NCBI RefSeq assembly: GCF_009914755.1
Contig: NC_060937.1
Reading direction: 5' to 3' (one strand)
Length of the DNA stretch: 64,000 nt
Source: the human T2T-CHM13v2.0 reference genome, Homo sapiens
Shown here one piece after another: positions 14,453 through 30,110 of the stretch (its first letter is position 1; every line of letters starts with the position of its first letter). The notes beneath the pieces are model-generated. The model did no database searches and was not told where the DNA came from. It saw only the letters and a program-made list of their open reading frames with translations. A program made the translations under genes and the position numbers.

Positions 14453-14947
14453 CTCTCCATAAAGTCAGACGAGAAAAACAAAACAAAACAAAAATCCAAA
14501 CCAAGAAATTAAAATAAAAACAGAAAAATGAAGAAACACAAACACAAATGCTTGTTACCAAAAGTTTCTTTTTCACTTACGGTTCTTCCTATATTGACTG
14601 CTTCCCCCTAACCCCCTCACCAGCAGCTGTTTGTTTTACAAGGGCTATTTCAATTTTTCTTACCCTTTGTATATTATACAAACGTTACATTTGGGGAACG
14701 AATGTAATTTCTGCTTTTGGGAATTGAGATTTAATGAAAGCCAGAAATAGTCATTCATTGTTTATCTTCAGCATACTTTAAATAGCTTAGATGGGTTTAG
14801 TCCCAGAAAAGCTAGGTTCCTAAATCCAAAAAGTTATTCTGAATCTCTTTTTGTATTGATTAATGGTGGAAATGATTGTGGTGCTGCAGGATAACATTTG
14901 TGAGTAAAGGTCAAATTTTGAATGCTAAGTTGAAAACAAGCAGTGTT

Positions 14948-15008
14948 TGACTCAGAGCATGTGACCTGTTTCTAACCCATGTGGCCATGAAAGGAAAAGC
15001 TGAGTCAC
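14948..15008. promoter_or_regulatory. AP-1 / ARE / E-box motif cluster
   Basis: TGACTCA at 14948-14954, CATGTGAC at 14958-14965 and GCTGAGTCAC at 14999-15008. Confidence 0.4.
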
Positions 15009-17469
15009 CGCGCGCTTGAACTTGTGATCCTGCTGGGAGCCGTACCTGTCACGGGGAAGCCACGGCAAGCAGCTCCCGTGAAGGTTTGGTTTCTGCTAAG
15101 GGCTTATTATGAACAGGGAGCCTAATCTGAGAGTGTCACATAATGTTTAAAAAGAGGTAAGGGAAAACTTAAATACTATTTGGAGGTGAGTCTTCATAAT
15201 TATGTGCTATAATAAGCTGTTTACTTAGTAAGTAGCTTGAAGGTGCTCCCAAGACAAAAGTTCAAGACAGGAGGTGCTTTCACCAGATTCTCACAGACTC
15301 CATTATTAATAACCTAAGTGACAGTCACAGTCATGATCAGCACAGTTCATGGGGCACTTCCCATGTGCCAGGCACTCTCTGAAGTGTTTGTTCACTCACT
15401 GAATCCTCACCCGCAGCTAAGCAGAGGGTGCAAGGCTGTGTCTGTATTGTATAGTGAGATGTCACCCAGTAGCCAAGATCTGAATCCAGGCCCTGCTGAA
15501 TTTATGCCTAAATTGTCTCCACAACAATGCTGCCTACAAAATGGCAATACTGTCTTTATCTCCTCGTGTCACTGAGATTTTAAGGCAAATGAAAGAGAAA
15601 GCACAAAGTCAAAGTCTGCATGTCTGTCTTTATTTTGCATTGCTGAAGCAAAACTAACTTACGACGTTCTAGGGATTGCCACCTCTAATGACTATAAAAA
15701 CAAACTACGCTAGGTCTTTATTTTAATCTAGAAGATCATAAAAATTTTAGAACTAACAGAGCTTTTGTTACCCTAGGTGGACAGTGTAGCCATTATATGA
15801 GTGTTAGACTACCTATGTAAGTTAGCAAGGACATTTCACTTTGAAATGAGAATGAGAGGAATTGGGTCAGTGGCTTCCGTCCTGCCTTCTGTTCTTGATG
15901 TTATATATAATAAATCAGAAGCCAGATATGTCACTTGTTCAAGGATATTTAGCTGGAATATTTGGTAAATGACAGAGGTGGATTTCAAACTAAGGTACGT
16001 TTGGTTTCAAATTTCTGTTCATTGGAACTTTTTGATTGGTAGTGTTAGATTCCCAACTCTAACACATTTAAAGAAAAAAGAAAAAGGGGGAGTGTTGAGA
16101 TGAGGGCGTAGCTGAAGAGAGCGGAGGTTATGTTTGCCCCAGGAATGTGAGATGCAGAAACTCAAATGCGGCTTCTCTCTGTCACACTCATGCACATGGC
16201 ACATGCACGCACGCACACACACACATCAGTTTTACTTTGTATGTGTTTTCTAACACAGAAGAGAACGTGACCACGTGCTGCCCTAGGCCCCCTAACTTAA
16301 GAGCAACTCGTCTCTCTGCCAAAAGGCCATCTTGGTGGCTCAGCCCAGGTCTTAGGCCCATCCCGGGCCCCTAAGTTAAGGACAGAAGGAAGAAATACAT
16401 TTGGCTCCTGCGTAGGGATGGGAGCTATTTAACAGGAGGAAGGGGAAGGGAGAGCTGAGCACTAATGAGCAAGGAGCAACATGAGGCCCTGTGCTTTCCC
16501 CTGCATGACACTCCAACTACCTGAAAGACTCCCAGCCCGGCAGGTGAAGGTCAGAATGCAAGTGTCAGTAAGTCTGGGTACCAGTTATTCAGCACTCTCT
16601 ATTAGTAACTCTGGCCAAACTTATCACCTTGATTTCCAGCTACTCATACAGGACCATCAATAGTGTAGATCTATTGCATGAAGCCTATAGATGAATATTG
16701 CAATGTATTTCCACATGACTTTGATTCGTATGGATGTTTTCAAAAAATATTGTATGAGGTTAAGACAGCAGCATGATCTGCCTAAGCCACAATGTCATTA
16801 AATAGTTAGCATAAGAGAATTTTGGCCAGAGGCCCTATATTTGTGGTCTGAATATATCTCAAAAATTCAGACTTCTACATTACTTTTAAATGGTCAAATT
16901 TATTATGTGATGACACATTGTTTTGGCTGCTGTGTTGGTTTTGTTGTCACCCTTGTGATACTTCTGAAGCTAATAACAGCTGTCATTGAGCACTTCTCAT
17001 AGATTTTCTCTTTGTCTACTCATGATAATTGTGGAAGATTATAATTGATTTCCCCGTGTTGCAGACGAAGTGACTGAGAACTGCGGTTGCTTTGTTAACT
17101 AACCAGCATGGGGCAGAGTTGATGTTTGAACTTCAACCTGTTCGATTCTCAATTATTTTTGTGAATGGTTTTCAAATGATTCCATATAGTAAAGGAATTT
17201 GCATCACAGATAAATTTAACTGCCTCTGCTTCAGCAAGAGAACTATTTGCTAAAATCAGCATCTTAACCCTTCTCCTTTCTTTTTCATATTTTGGATGAT
17301 AGTAGCATAATTATGATTTTTATTATGAAAATAGACCATCATTAAGCCAAATATCAATATACCAAATACAACGTCATTAAGATGGTGTATTCACATAATA
17401 AACACATAAATAAACGTGTGCACACAACTGCACATGCATATAAAATTGCGCAAGAAACTACCTTCACTA

Positions 17470-17620
17470 AAATTTTGAGTGTCAGGCACAACACTCAGTA
17501 ATTAATTCTCACTTAATTCTTCTAATAACTCTATGAGACTGTTACTAATATTGTCCCTATTTGATGAATGAGGACACTGAGTCCTAGAGGTTAAGTAGCA
17601 GCCTGCTCAAGGTCAGGCAA
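17470..17620. mobile_element. MIR fragment
   Basis: TCACTTAATTCTTCTAATAACTCTATGAG...ATGAGGACACTGAG..CTAGAGGTTAAGT..CCTGCTCAAGGTCA. Confidence 0.7.
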
Positions 17621-17751
17621 GGCAGGAGGCCAGAGATGGTGCCCAGTGGCCCATCTCTCAGCAGAGAGGGAGGGCCTATCTCCAGCAGTCCTGGCCACTG
17701 ACTGCTAATGCTGTTTGTCCTTGAGGAGGTGACGGCCAGCTGTGTTGTTTA

Positions 17752-18071
<320 letters not shown>

Positions 18072-18849
18072 CTTACACTCAAACTTATACTCTCTGTTTT
18101 GACATAAAAACCTGAGGCCAATGTCCAGATAGTCACGATTTGGGGAAAACAGCTGGAAATAGACTTTTTCTCCAGATACTCAGGCTCTTTTCAGAGTTTT
18201 GTTTCTGGCCCTTGTACTTCCTATTTGAGCGAGGCCGTCTTCCCAGTCATGTGTATAAAAAAGAGGTGCCACGAGCATTGTGGCTATCATGTCTTTTTCT
18301 CCTGAGGCAGGGCAGGTGCTGGCATATTGCCATGCAGTCCCATGGCCCTGGCTGGGCCCTTCCTGCCCCACCTTCCCTCACTGCACAGCATCTTACCTTG
18401 GTGCCTCTTCAATCTCACCCTTTAATCTCAGGTCAGATTAACATATTTTGAATTTCAATTTAACTATAAAACCTCCTAACTCAAAAATCTTTAATAAATA
18501 TTGCTTTTCTGTCACATCCAATGCAGTCTGCTTGATGACGCAAGGCGACAGAGATGGCTGGGCCTTGGGGAATTTGGCGTGAGCGATTGTCGTTAACCGG
18601 TTCTTTGACATCTTCTCCTTTAGGGGTGGAGTTGGTTATCATTGAGGTGACACAGTTCTTGGCTGAGTAAAGATGTTTGCTTGATGCTAGATGTGCAAGC
18701 AGTGTATTTACCTTCAGGGTATAAAAGGGAAAGTCCTTCTTGTGTTGAGAGAGAGTCAAACACTCCAGCCTCACTTCTGCAGTCAGTCAGTTAAATGTCA
18801 CAAACATTCTCAGGGTTGTTATGAGTAAATAAAATTATGAATTTAAGGC

Positions 18850-19188
18850 ATGTTGGTCTACGTCCTTGATTGCTTACTTTTAATTTCAAATTCCCAAAAG
18901 TTCTGAAAACCAAACATTCACGTATGACTCATGTGCTCATAAAAAACATGACCCAACCTGAACTTACTTAGCAACAAAATCTAAACTTGATTGATGTAAG
19001 TGTATTTATAATTCTTACATATTTCTCTGACTGTGAATATTCATATGGGGTTCTCCCCAAATTAAAATATTTGACTGGGGACACTGCTTCAAACCTACCA
19101 AGGATATAAACACTACATTCACTTTTTTAAAATCTGGATTTCAGAACATATTTGTCTTCAGAAGTTTAGGAGAAGGGGCTGTGAACTG
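18850..19188. mobile_element. Degenerate Tigger-derived element (MER46C-like)
   Basis: Both ends resemble MER46-type termini; heavily diverged. Confidence 0.4.
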
Positions 19189-19213
19189 TGTAATCCAGCT
19201 TGTTGAGGACTGA

Positions 19214-19900
<687 letters not shown>

Positions 19901-22900
19901 TAAGAGATATTTATTTTCGTATCTTAAATAATGAACCATATGGAGATGGGAAAGAGGCTCAGATTTTAGAGGACACTTGCTTGACTTTGCCAGTGATTGT
20001 GATGTGGCTGGTCACTGGAGGTGTGGCCCTCATAGACCAATGCAGTTTGCAGAGCGTGGCCCAAATGTCTGCTTGGAGACCCCACTGCCATTTGAGAGGG
20101 ACACCTGCACAGTTCCACATGTGTGTGTGAACCTGTCTCCTTCTTTCCAAAACCTGCCCATGTGGCTGTAGCAAACAGCATCACACACTGGACCAAGCCC
20201 GTCTGCCTCACCAGTGTAGTCACTGTTCAGCTGATATAGTCGGTGTTTCTTTTTCTCTCAACCTCTCCTGCCAGTCTCTTCCCACCTCATAGGACATCCT
20301 GCCGCTTGTACCGGGCAACCCCAAGCCACCTTGTCCACCGGGCCTTCCTCTGGGTCTGGAGTGACCACCTCTTTCTGACAGACCTGCTGGGTGGGTTGGC
20401 CTGAGCTCCTAGGAACCTGGGTGGATCATGGTCCATGTCCCAGTCCAAATCTACTCCAGCCTGGCCTTGTCCCCTTGCTGACACAGTGACCATTGGTGAC
20501 CATTCTTACACATGATACATAAAATGCTCTCTTATCAGTGTGTTCCATATGCACTCCCCATCTTTGAAGTTTCCTTTGTAGCTTGCAGGACATATAGTAT
20601 ACATGTGGCACAGTTGAAGATAAAATGCTTTTCTTTGTCCTATTGATATAGGACATTGCAAAAATCAATTGATATACATCAATAGCTGTTAGCAAAATCA
20701 TAGCTTTTAGGTGTGTAGGCCTATAAAATCGAATCTTCCATGACTGCAGCCATTTAGAGAGATTATATCCTCAATACAGGGTGACTGACTGTCTTTTGCA
20801 ATTTGTGAGTATTCATTGATAACTATGCTTGAACTGTTAAAAGCAGCAGGCTTATTAGTTGAAGGCACAGAGTTTACTTAATCCAGGATCTACATCTCCC
20901 TGGCTGGGGGGTTTGGGAAAATCATGCAACCTCTCTGTGCTTCCCTTTGCTCATCTGTAGGCCAGGAGTAGCCTCAGAGTATGGTTGTGAGTGACGGAGT
21001 GAGTGCAGTGGAAGCGTTGGCTAGTATTGTCACTATTAGTGTAGAAGGCTCCTTCCCATTGGAGTCATGTGAGAATAACTGAAATAATAATTGTTATGCA
21101 AAAGTTATGATTTGGAGTTAGAGGTTTATAATACGTGGAATAAGTGGGGTCTGGTCTTGCTCCTAGCGTACGTCTCTGCCTCTGTGCGGCTCTGTCCAGA
21201 GCTGTGTCCACCCTCTCTTGTTGGACATCAACTGGGGTCTGGACTTGGATTCATCATGTAGCTGTGAGGAATTACGAATTTAAATGATTTAAAACCTAAT
21301 GATGAAAATCAACCCAGCATTTTGAAGTGAGGGTGGCTGAGAATGGACAAGGAGAGGAAAGAGGAGGAAAGAGGACTGCAGAGCCCTGGGAGGCCTGTTG
21401 GGTGGGGCAGCCAGAACCTGGTTACATGCCAGCGCAAGGCTCAGCTTCTGTGTGTCCCTCATGGCACAGGGACAGAGAGGGCCACGCTGCTGAGAGAGAT
21501 CTTTAAAAAGGCAGCAATCGAACACTTCTGTAAAACTCCCTCTTTCACGTCTTCCCTGGTACAAAAAAAATTCCATTCTCATGGCTTAAAATGCTTTGAT
21601 TTTCTGTACCAGCTAGAGGAGGAAAAAAGAGAGACTTTCTTCACGTCTAAAATCCGGTGCTTATGTAATCAGAGATGGCGAAGTCAATAAGATTTGGAAT
21701 GTGCGATTTGCTGTCATCTGTCAAACTCTTCAGGTGGAGCCTATCAGGTTCAAACCAGACATACGTCGTAGGAGTTATGGGTGGTTTTGGAGTTGATGAC
21801 ATATTGTGGATATTTAGGTAGAATCCTATGATAAAAACAAAATGTGTGTTTATGTGTGTGCACAGGAATCTGAAATGACCTTCTATGCCATAATAGGAAT
21901 TAGCACTTTGAATCTAATACTTTAAATCATGTAATTAAAATGACAATAACCAACATTTGTTCAGCACTGAGTTTAGGAGGGAGACTATACGAAAACCTTG
22001 ACATATGTTATCTCCCCCTATCCACAGCCCAGTCTAGAAGCAGGTTGCTCCCCTTGCTACTCATGAAAAAGCAAACACAAAGAGAGGTTCCATGAACCTC
22101 CCAGTCACATGCTAGGAGCGTGAGAGCCACGGTTTTGTTTGGGCTTCTCTTACGCACTTCACAATTTGCCTTTCAAACCCTGATTCGTAAAAACAGGTGA
22201 AAGATTTTGTGGCGGTATTTGCAATGACCCACAAAAGGACAGGAGCACCTAGAGTAAGGGCCACTCACAGGGAAGGAGAGGCCTGAGCCCCTGAAGACCT
22301 GGGGGCTGCGTGTATCCATCTTGTGCCCCAGTCCAAGGTGTCACTCTCGCAAGATGCGGGATGACCTCAGAACACGGTTGAAAACAGATAGGAATGGGAA
22401 ATTCAGACACAGGAGAGAAGGGAGCAATTACAGGAACTTGTAATAAGGTGAAGGCAGTACAGCTCAGTCATTGCTTTTGCTAGCAGTTACTGACACTAGG
22501 AGAGTTATTTCAGAGGAGGGGGACAGGTGAAGCCAGCACTGTTTGGAGTAGTGGAGGGATCCGTCCAGGCAGACTGGTAAGGGCAGTGGGGTTTCCCACA
22601 CAGCAGGCGCTGCCTGGACAGCGAGGAAGGAGAAAGGAGAGGGAACACCAGCTCGGGCTGGTATGGCCAACCCGCTGGCCAGCGCCTCACTACCCACCTC
22701 GGTGTGGGGCCCTCGCCTTCCTGCTTTCACTGCCCCAATGCGGCCGAGGTGTTTGGGTCCGGAGCCCTCAGCCTGCAGACCTCTCTTCCCCCTCTGCTTC
22801 TTAGTGTCTCCTTTTCCTTGCAGATTCAGGATTCTCAGAATTCAGGCTGAGCACTTTTGGCTTTTCTGTCTTTGGCTTGTTTGTGTGATTCTGCCACACC

Positions 22901-23870
22901 GTGACTTCATAGTAAACCTCATCAACAAGCATACGTAGATTTTGCATTTTACATGAATTATTCTTAGATCAGCATTTTTTCCCAGCCAGCATTTGCATAC
23001 TGTGATTTTGGAACTGACATATTGGCATTGTTGTATAGGCCGTTACATTTCATGTTGTTAACTTTTTCCGTTTTGACATTGGTATCTTTTTACTATTGAA
23101 CTCTTTGGGCCATGAAGCTTCCTCATAAAATCTTAGAGACAGAAAAGGGTTTCTGCCATCTTCCACCATCAGTTTAGGGCCATAAAGTCCAAAGATATGT
23201 TAAAATATGCCCAGTAATCTCTATGTTTATATACATTAAAAATTCATTTGAGTAGGATACTTGGCCCTATCATTTTGCCCAGCTGGACACAACAGAATAT
23301 GTGCAAAGTGTCACGAGATATTGTAGCCATGTAAATAGTGATGTGATGCAGTCATGTGAATGTGTGTCAGACCATTCTTCCTGGGACTCCAATCTAAACG
23401 AAGCTTCCAAAACAGCTTAGAGCTGAGCTCCTGCTTTTCTGAGTCACGGGAAAGTCATTAACTGTGCTTCCCACCTTCCAACTCTACAGAGTATCTTCCC
23501 CTTTGCAAGTACAACCTGCTGAGCAATCATCCTAATAAGGTGCTCCAGGGAGCCACCCTCACCCCGTGTTGTCAGAATGGTCGATGATGCTTGAACTTCA
23601 ATAGGAAGAAATGATCATTATTCAAGTCAGGTACTTGAATACATGATTCCTGAGTACGAATGGAATCGCTTAGATCCAGATTCAGTAGAACCATGTTCCC
23701 AGACGTACCCTGCTTACTGATTTATAAGTGCTGTGTTGTTTTTCATTACTTTAGTCTCTGTATTGCTAGCTAGGGCACTTCCTTGTTATACAAAGGAAGA
23801 CAGTGGCAGTTGCCTGTGCACACCCACAGGGGTCTTCCCAGCAACACAGCATGGCATGGCGACTCACTCC

Positions 23871-23878
23871 TGACGTCA
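23871..23878. promoter_or_regulatory. Full palindromic CRE
   Basis: TGACGTCA, with a TGACGTA half-site at 23941. Confidence 0.4.
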
Positions 23879-24649
23879 CGTCTTCTGCTATCAGTCAGGC
23901 TAGAGGGTTTTGTTCAGCTTAACGTCTGTTGGCCGCACCCTGACGTATTCAGTTTAACCTTTTCACGTTAATTCATAGCAGCGAATAAATGATTTCTGAA
24001 TTTTGTTGCTCTGAATGTGTCATCTCTTCTTAAATATATTTTGGTGGCTAAAACAAACCCGTTTTCAACATAGGAAAGGGCCGTACTTGTCTTTCTGGGA
24101 ATAGAAGGTGGGAGTTCATGGGCCCATGTGTTTTCCTGCCACTGTGTTGTTCAGAATTAAGTACACAGAGTCATTTTTTGGATTTTGCTGAGCATCATCC
24201 AGAGGCACCCAGAGCCAAGGGAAGTTGAAGGTGGAGTGACTTGGGTGTCCTTGATTCTGAAAGGGCGGCACTCTCTCACTGGTCCCGGCATCTCTCTGTG
24301 GGCATCCTTTAAGATGTTTAACTTATCTTTTAAAACAATGAAGTCATTGTGGTGTGTTTGCTTTCAGGAGTGACAATGGGGCAATTGGGGCGAGTGTCAC
24401 AGAGATGAACTAGAGTTAAACCGAGCTCCGCCACTCCTCTTCCTGTGCTGCTGAGCACATTGCAGGCTCTCTCTGAACCTCACCTTTTACTTACTTGTTG
24501 GTAGAGGTAGTATGGATGGTCTTAAATTATTGACGGTGGGGCCAGAGATAAGTAAGTATAATATGATTTATAAGTGCAAGTAATTAAATAGTGGTAGTAT
24601 AATATTTTATTGCAAATCTTTAATGGCTTTGGGTTGAACATTTTGACTT

Positions 24650-25260
24650 TCTCACCTAAAGAACCTGGTTCCCCCACCAAGTCTTCCCTGTCCCAGTAAA
24701 TGGCATCTCCACTCACGCTAAAATCTGGAATGTTATTCTTGGCTCTCATCCTTCCTCTCACACCAGCCCATCGGCAAGTCCTTCTGGCTCTGCCTCCTGA
24801 ACATGTAACAAACCCGTCTACGTCTCTCCATCTCTCTGCTGCAGTACAGGACTTCGCTCCCATCATCTCCCACCTGAAAGTCTTCAAGCCTTTCTGTTGG
24901 ACTCCCTGACACTGACTGGCCCCCATGAAAAGTCATGCCCCACTGAGTGGTTCAGAGTGTGCTTTCTAAAGTAGAAGTCTGATCCTCTCACTGACCCCTT
25001 CCTGCCCCCATTAAAGGCTTCCAGTGTTTCCCTTGGACAGTAGAACAGAATTCATCCTCCTCCCCTGGGCCCTTGCAGCCTCCCTTCCAGTCTCTGCCAC
25101 TGTCACCAGGATGCCACTGCAGCCACCTTGTTCTGACCGCACAAAGACTCAGAGCCGCGTGCTCCATGGCTCGTCCTCCAGACCTCCATTTGGAAACCTC
25201 CTTAATTTTCAGATCTCTACTCAGACATCCTGTGTTGACAGAGGCCTTCCCAGAATGAAA
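24650..25260 (+). mobile_element. L2 fragment
   Basis: CCCAGTAAATGGCATCTCCACTCAC...AAATCTGGAATG...CAAGTCC..CTGGCTCTGCCTCC pattern. Confidence 0.7.
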
Positions 25261-27449
25261 TACACTGACGTGTTTCAGCGTGTGTACTGACCAGAGAAAG
25301 GGAGGTGTCTAGAAGACCAGACATCCAAGAGGCTGCAGAGGCGACCAATACCAAGGAGTCTGTTGCACAGAGTCGCAGTCTTCACTCTTTCTATCTCCGA
25401 TTCAAAGAGTAGCTATTATCTATTGTATTTGAAGTACAATGCTCCTTTCTGAAGATGAAAAAATAAGAGATGGTCCCTGCTCTAAAGTTGCTTAAAGTCA
25501 AATTGTTCAAAGTCTAAGTCATAGCATATAGGCATCAAATTGCAATGTGAGAAACATCCCCAACATATAACTGAAGAATCTCGGGTGCACTCAAGGAGGC
25601 ATCGTGCTCAGGCGCAGGAGAAGTGAAAAGCAGGGGTCGGGAGCCAGCCAGAGAGAAACGAACACACAGGACTCTCCCGAGGGCTTCATGAAAAAGTCAC
25701 CAGGAACAGGAGGGCGTGAGTGGAACCTGTCATCTAGAGACCAGCAGGCTAACATGGAAAAGGAGAAATAGGAGTGATGTTTTCTCAAGCAGTTTTTGGA
25801 GAGAAGTAAGAGCAGTGCCATCGACATTCACCAGGGGTGGTGGCCTCATCCCAGAAAGGCTCTTTCCTTACTGGAAGAATAAATCATCAACAGTGAAAGC
25901 ACTGATGAAGTTGATCCAATTCACAATCAATGCTCCTTTTGAATAGACGGTGTTAAACAACATCTTTTAAAAAAAACATACCACAGAAATAATTTATTTT
26001 CAGATTGCACGTAGTTCTGTTTAGGCTACAGGCACTGTCAACTGTGATAAATACTAAAATGAATTTCTAGAGTCCCGGTATGGGAAAGGCCCCTGGCACG
26101 GTGCATATCTCAGAGTGTAGCATGACAACAAGGTACACACGTGGCCCTCAGTCAAGAGCCATGTCTTGGATAGCATGACTCCCGAGTGAACAGAGGAGAA
26201 GCCATCTGTCAACAACTGAAGAGAGAGAGAGAGAGAGAGAGACTGTCCCAGATGAAGATATAGCACAGGAAAAAACACACTTAGAGAAAATGAGTGTGCC
26301 AGCCCCAAATGCCAGTGATTCTCCTAAGTGAGATGGTGGTAAATAATGCATTATATTTGCATTTTCGGCATTTAGAATCTTTTCTCCTATTTGCCTTCCT
26401 CCACCCAACAACAAGGATGATCTTTCTAAATGAGTGATTTTTCAACATCCCTTGGCGAGTGTCATACCTCTGAGGCCTTTGACTTCCTGATGCCTCTGGT
26501 ATAATGGGCCTGGGGCATGAGCCAGGCACTGGGACTTGCCATCCTTGATTCTCACATGCCCTGCTGAGGACCCCTGCTGCAGGCCAATTAGGTGCAGTTG
26601 GAGCCACCCTTCTAGAGCTTCCCAGAACACCCAAAGACATCCCAAGATTTCTGGATTGATTTTCAAATAAGGCTTTCTGACATGGAAGTATATTTATATT
26701 TTACATGATTTTTGAAATTTCATGAAATTTTCTCTGAGATGAGGGAGGAGACATGCCACATGCTCTGCAGCGTGTGAAAATGCCAAGCGGACGGACAGAC
26801 ATGGCTCTGTCCTTGCGCATGCCCTGGAGGTGTGGAGCCCTGCACAGGAATTCAACTAACCCGAGCCATCATGACAGTTCCACGAGGCAGGCGTTTCCTG
26901 CCCTCTCCACGGATAAGGAAATAAATGCAAGGCAGAGAGATCTGCACTCCGGAGTGCCCGAGGTCACCGGGCCAACGCGTGCACCTGGCCTGGAGCCTGA
27001 GCATGCGCTCTAGGCTGCACCATCTCGCGCCACCACACTGATTTCCACCAGTTCAGTAAAGGGGCCAGGAATTGCCCAGCAATGGCTCTGCCTGAAGCAC
27101 TAGGGTAAGGTTTCTAGAACCTTCTACCCTTCCATCTCCAGCCTGTCTCCTTCTTTGCTCTGCGTTTCACAGTCACATCTTCCAACAGATGCCGATGCGC
27201 TTGCCTTCTGGGGCTTTTCTCCTTTCTCTACAAGGAGAGAGGGATGGGAGCAGCTTCCATGAAAGAGAGGAAGCTGGGCCACAGGGAGAGATGGGCAGAG
27301 ATGATGGGACCAGCCTGGAGGTGAGGAAGTGTGTACCGACGACAGAGGGGCAGAAAGGCCAATGCAAGTGCCAGACGCCCCATCACGTGTCCGGTAAATG
27401 CAGGCGTCCATTCAGCTACTGGCAATATGGTTACAGCACTGTGTCATTA

Positions 27450-30110
27450 TATTACATGATGTAGTCTATTAGCTAGGGATCTACAGCAATGTTATATAGA
27501 ATATTATATGTTATGGCATAGGATATATAATTACATATAATAAAATGGTAATTAATATTCATAATGCCATGTGTTTTATCTCTGAAGAGCAACATGGAAT
27601 TCTTGCATTTGAATAAGTCATGTCCAGTGGATGTCAACGTATAAGCAAAGACTAACTTCTGATACACATAAAGAAGTAAATATACAAATGACTGAAAGAG
27701 AAAAGAATGGAGTCGTTTGTTAGGTAAAAGGAGTGTGTGTGAACTCCTGTGTACATTTACAATTTATGTCAAGGACCACACCCAATACTATAAAATAAAA
27801 ATTCATAGAAAGGGAATGGACCTAAAGCTGTATTTTCTTTTCAGCTTAAAATGCCTAAAAGTAAAATAATGAGCAAAGATATGACAGGTAAGCCAATGAT
27901 AGCTTCATACCAAAATCTGTACTTTTCATATCAAACTATATTTCAGACACGTGCAGTACAGTTATTTTAAAAATGGCCATATTCAGGTCATGGATTATAG
28001 CTTAATAAATTTACAAAATCAGAAATTGTACAGGGCATATTTTCCCTCCATAATGTAATAAAATTAGAAACTAAATACAGAAGTAAAGGTAAACAAAGTC
28101 ACTAGAAAACTAAATGTTGATAATTGGTAATGAAAACAAAAGGTATAGTCACATATACAGTGATACTAAATAAATAAAAATGCTTTGTGCAGATCTAAAA
28201 TTAACTGTAAATGAAATTTTTAAAAAATCAAATTATGTGAATAACATAGAAGAAACCAAGACTGTTTCCATCCTGAAGGAGCCAAACTCAGGAAGTTCCT
28301 AAACATGAACTTTTAAATCTTCAAAGAATACAAAATTGTTTAAACCATTACAAAAATTAAAGATGAAGAAATCCATGGTTCCTTTTCCAGAAGGCAGCAT
28401 ATGCACAAGTGAAAAGCTGAAGTTCCAATACATATGTGGAAAGATGCATATTCCCACAAGTAATGAAGGATTTGGAAATTGAAAGAATAATGAGGTACCA
28501 TTTCACAATGAAAACATTTTCAATAATAACAAAAAGCAGGTAATATGAAAATAGACACACACACTCCTAATGAGGGTTTAAATTAGTACAACTAATTTGA
28601 AGAACAGTGCACAATATTTGGTAAAGTTGGAAATGTGCATAACACACCATCATACATATGATAGTTGATCTTACTCCACGGAGCACACCTGGCAATATCT
28701 GGAGATTTTTTTTGGCTGTCACAACTCAGGAGAGGGGATTCTGGAACCTAGTGGGTGGAGTCAAATTCCAGAATCTAGTGGGTGGAGCACAAGGTCCTGC
28801 CTTCCATGGGAGGACCCGACTGCAAAGAGCTATCCGACCTCACATGGCAGCTGCCCAGTGTTTGAGAAATCCTGGCACAGAGAAACCCACACATGCATTA
28901 AAAAAAAATGTACTTAGCTATTCACTGATGTGTCTCCTGAACATGCAAGTAAAGGGAAAAGAAAGTAAACCATCATAACTAGGGAAATGAATAAATTAAT
29001 CTGATTATAATTGTGGCACTTTAAAATAGTTTAAATAAATGAACCTAAGCTATATGCATGAATAAGAATAGATCTATAAACCTAAAGTCAACAAAAAGCA
29101 ATTTGCTGAATGATGCATGCACTATAAATAACATTTTCATAATTTTAAATGCCCATAATCTTATTTATTTTATAGGTATGTACACATATAATGTGAAAAC
29201 AGTTTGAATAGACTGAAAGCATATTGCAAAATTGATCATTCTTACTTCACCAAATAAGGGGATAATTGTGTATAGATGGATTGTTAACTTTATCTGTGAA
29301 GTTTATTTGTAAAAAGCAAAACTGAAGTAAATATGGCTCAGTGTTGCTATTTTCACACTATTGGAGAATGACATTGGCTGTCTTTATAGTTCTCTGTATT
29401 TTTAAATTGTTCTCATTATCAATTTTTTAATTAAAAAATCCAGCATATCTATGACACCATGAAATGAAGAGATATATCAATAATAGATGGTTATTTGACT
29501 TACAAAGATAGAGACATAATTAAAACAGCAGCAAATATAATCTAGCAGTCCATTAAATACTCAATGATCAATCATAGGAAATTTAAGTCTTAGTATATAT
29601 TACATCCATAAGTAAAAAAAGAAAAGTCAATTGGCCATTTCAAAAGGTGCCAAAAGGATGATAAACGTCACTTCCCAAATCTTATTTTAAATTAGAAGTA
29701 AAAGGAGTATTTCACACACAAAAAAATTATGCTAAGTTCCCAAGGAGATACCACCCTTAATTGTGAAGTAAACCCTGTATCTTTTTAGCATTGATCCTCA
29801 AGTTTTAATCAACATAAGAAAAGAAATGAAATGAATAAAAATTACCAAGAAAGTTAAGACTATAAATACCACTATTTGTAAATAATATGTTTGTCCACCT
29901 AGAAAAATCAAATATAAATAAACCAATGGGAAAGCATTTGCTCTATACTGTATTTTAGTAAAGTTTGAGTTATAAAGTAAACATATGCAAAATTGAAAAT
30001 ATCACATATATGTGAGCCGTAACAGTTTAGATTAAATAGATAAATGGAAATAGTTCTTTTTAAGATACTGCTGAAGTATAAAATATCTGTGAATGAAAAT
30101 GAATCCAATG
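27450..30110 (+). mobile_element. Fragmented ancient L1M (ORF2 and 3' UTR remnants)
   Basis: A-rich strand with degenerate ORF2 and 3'-end motifs; interrupted by MER20. Ends approximate. Confidence 0.6.
28665..28875. mobile_element. MER20 (hAT-Charlie)
   Basis: GGCAATATCTGGAGATTTTTTTTGGCTGTCACAAC...CTAGTGGGTGGAG...TTGAGAAATCCTG; internal 27-bp duplication. Confidence 0.8.

Noticed and set aside
22500-22800. GC-rich patch with overlapping ORFs as a CpG-island promoter or gene
   Set aside because: Too short and CpG-poor for an island; ORFs lack recognisable homology.
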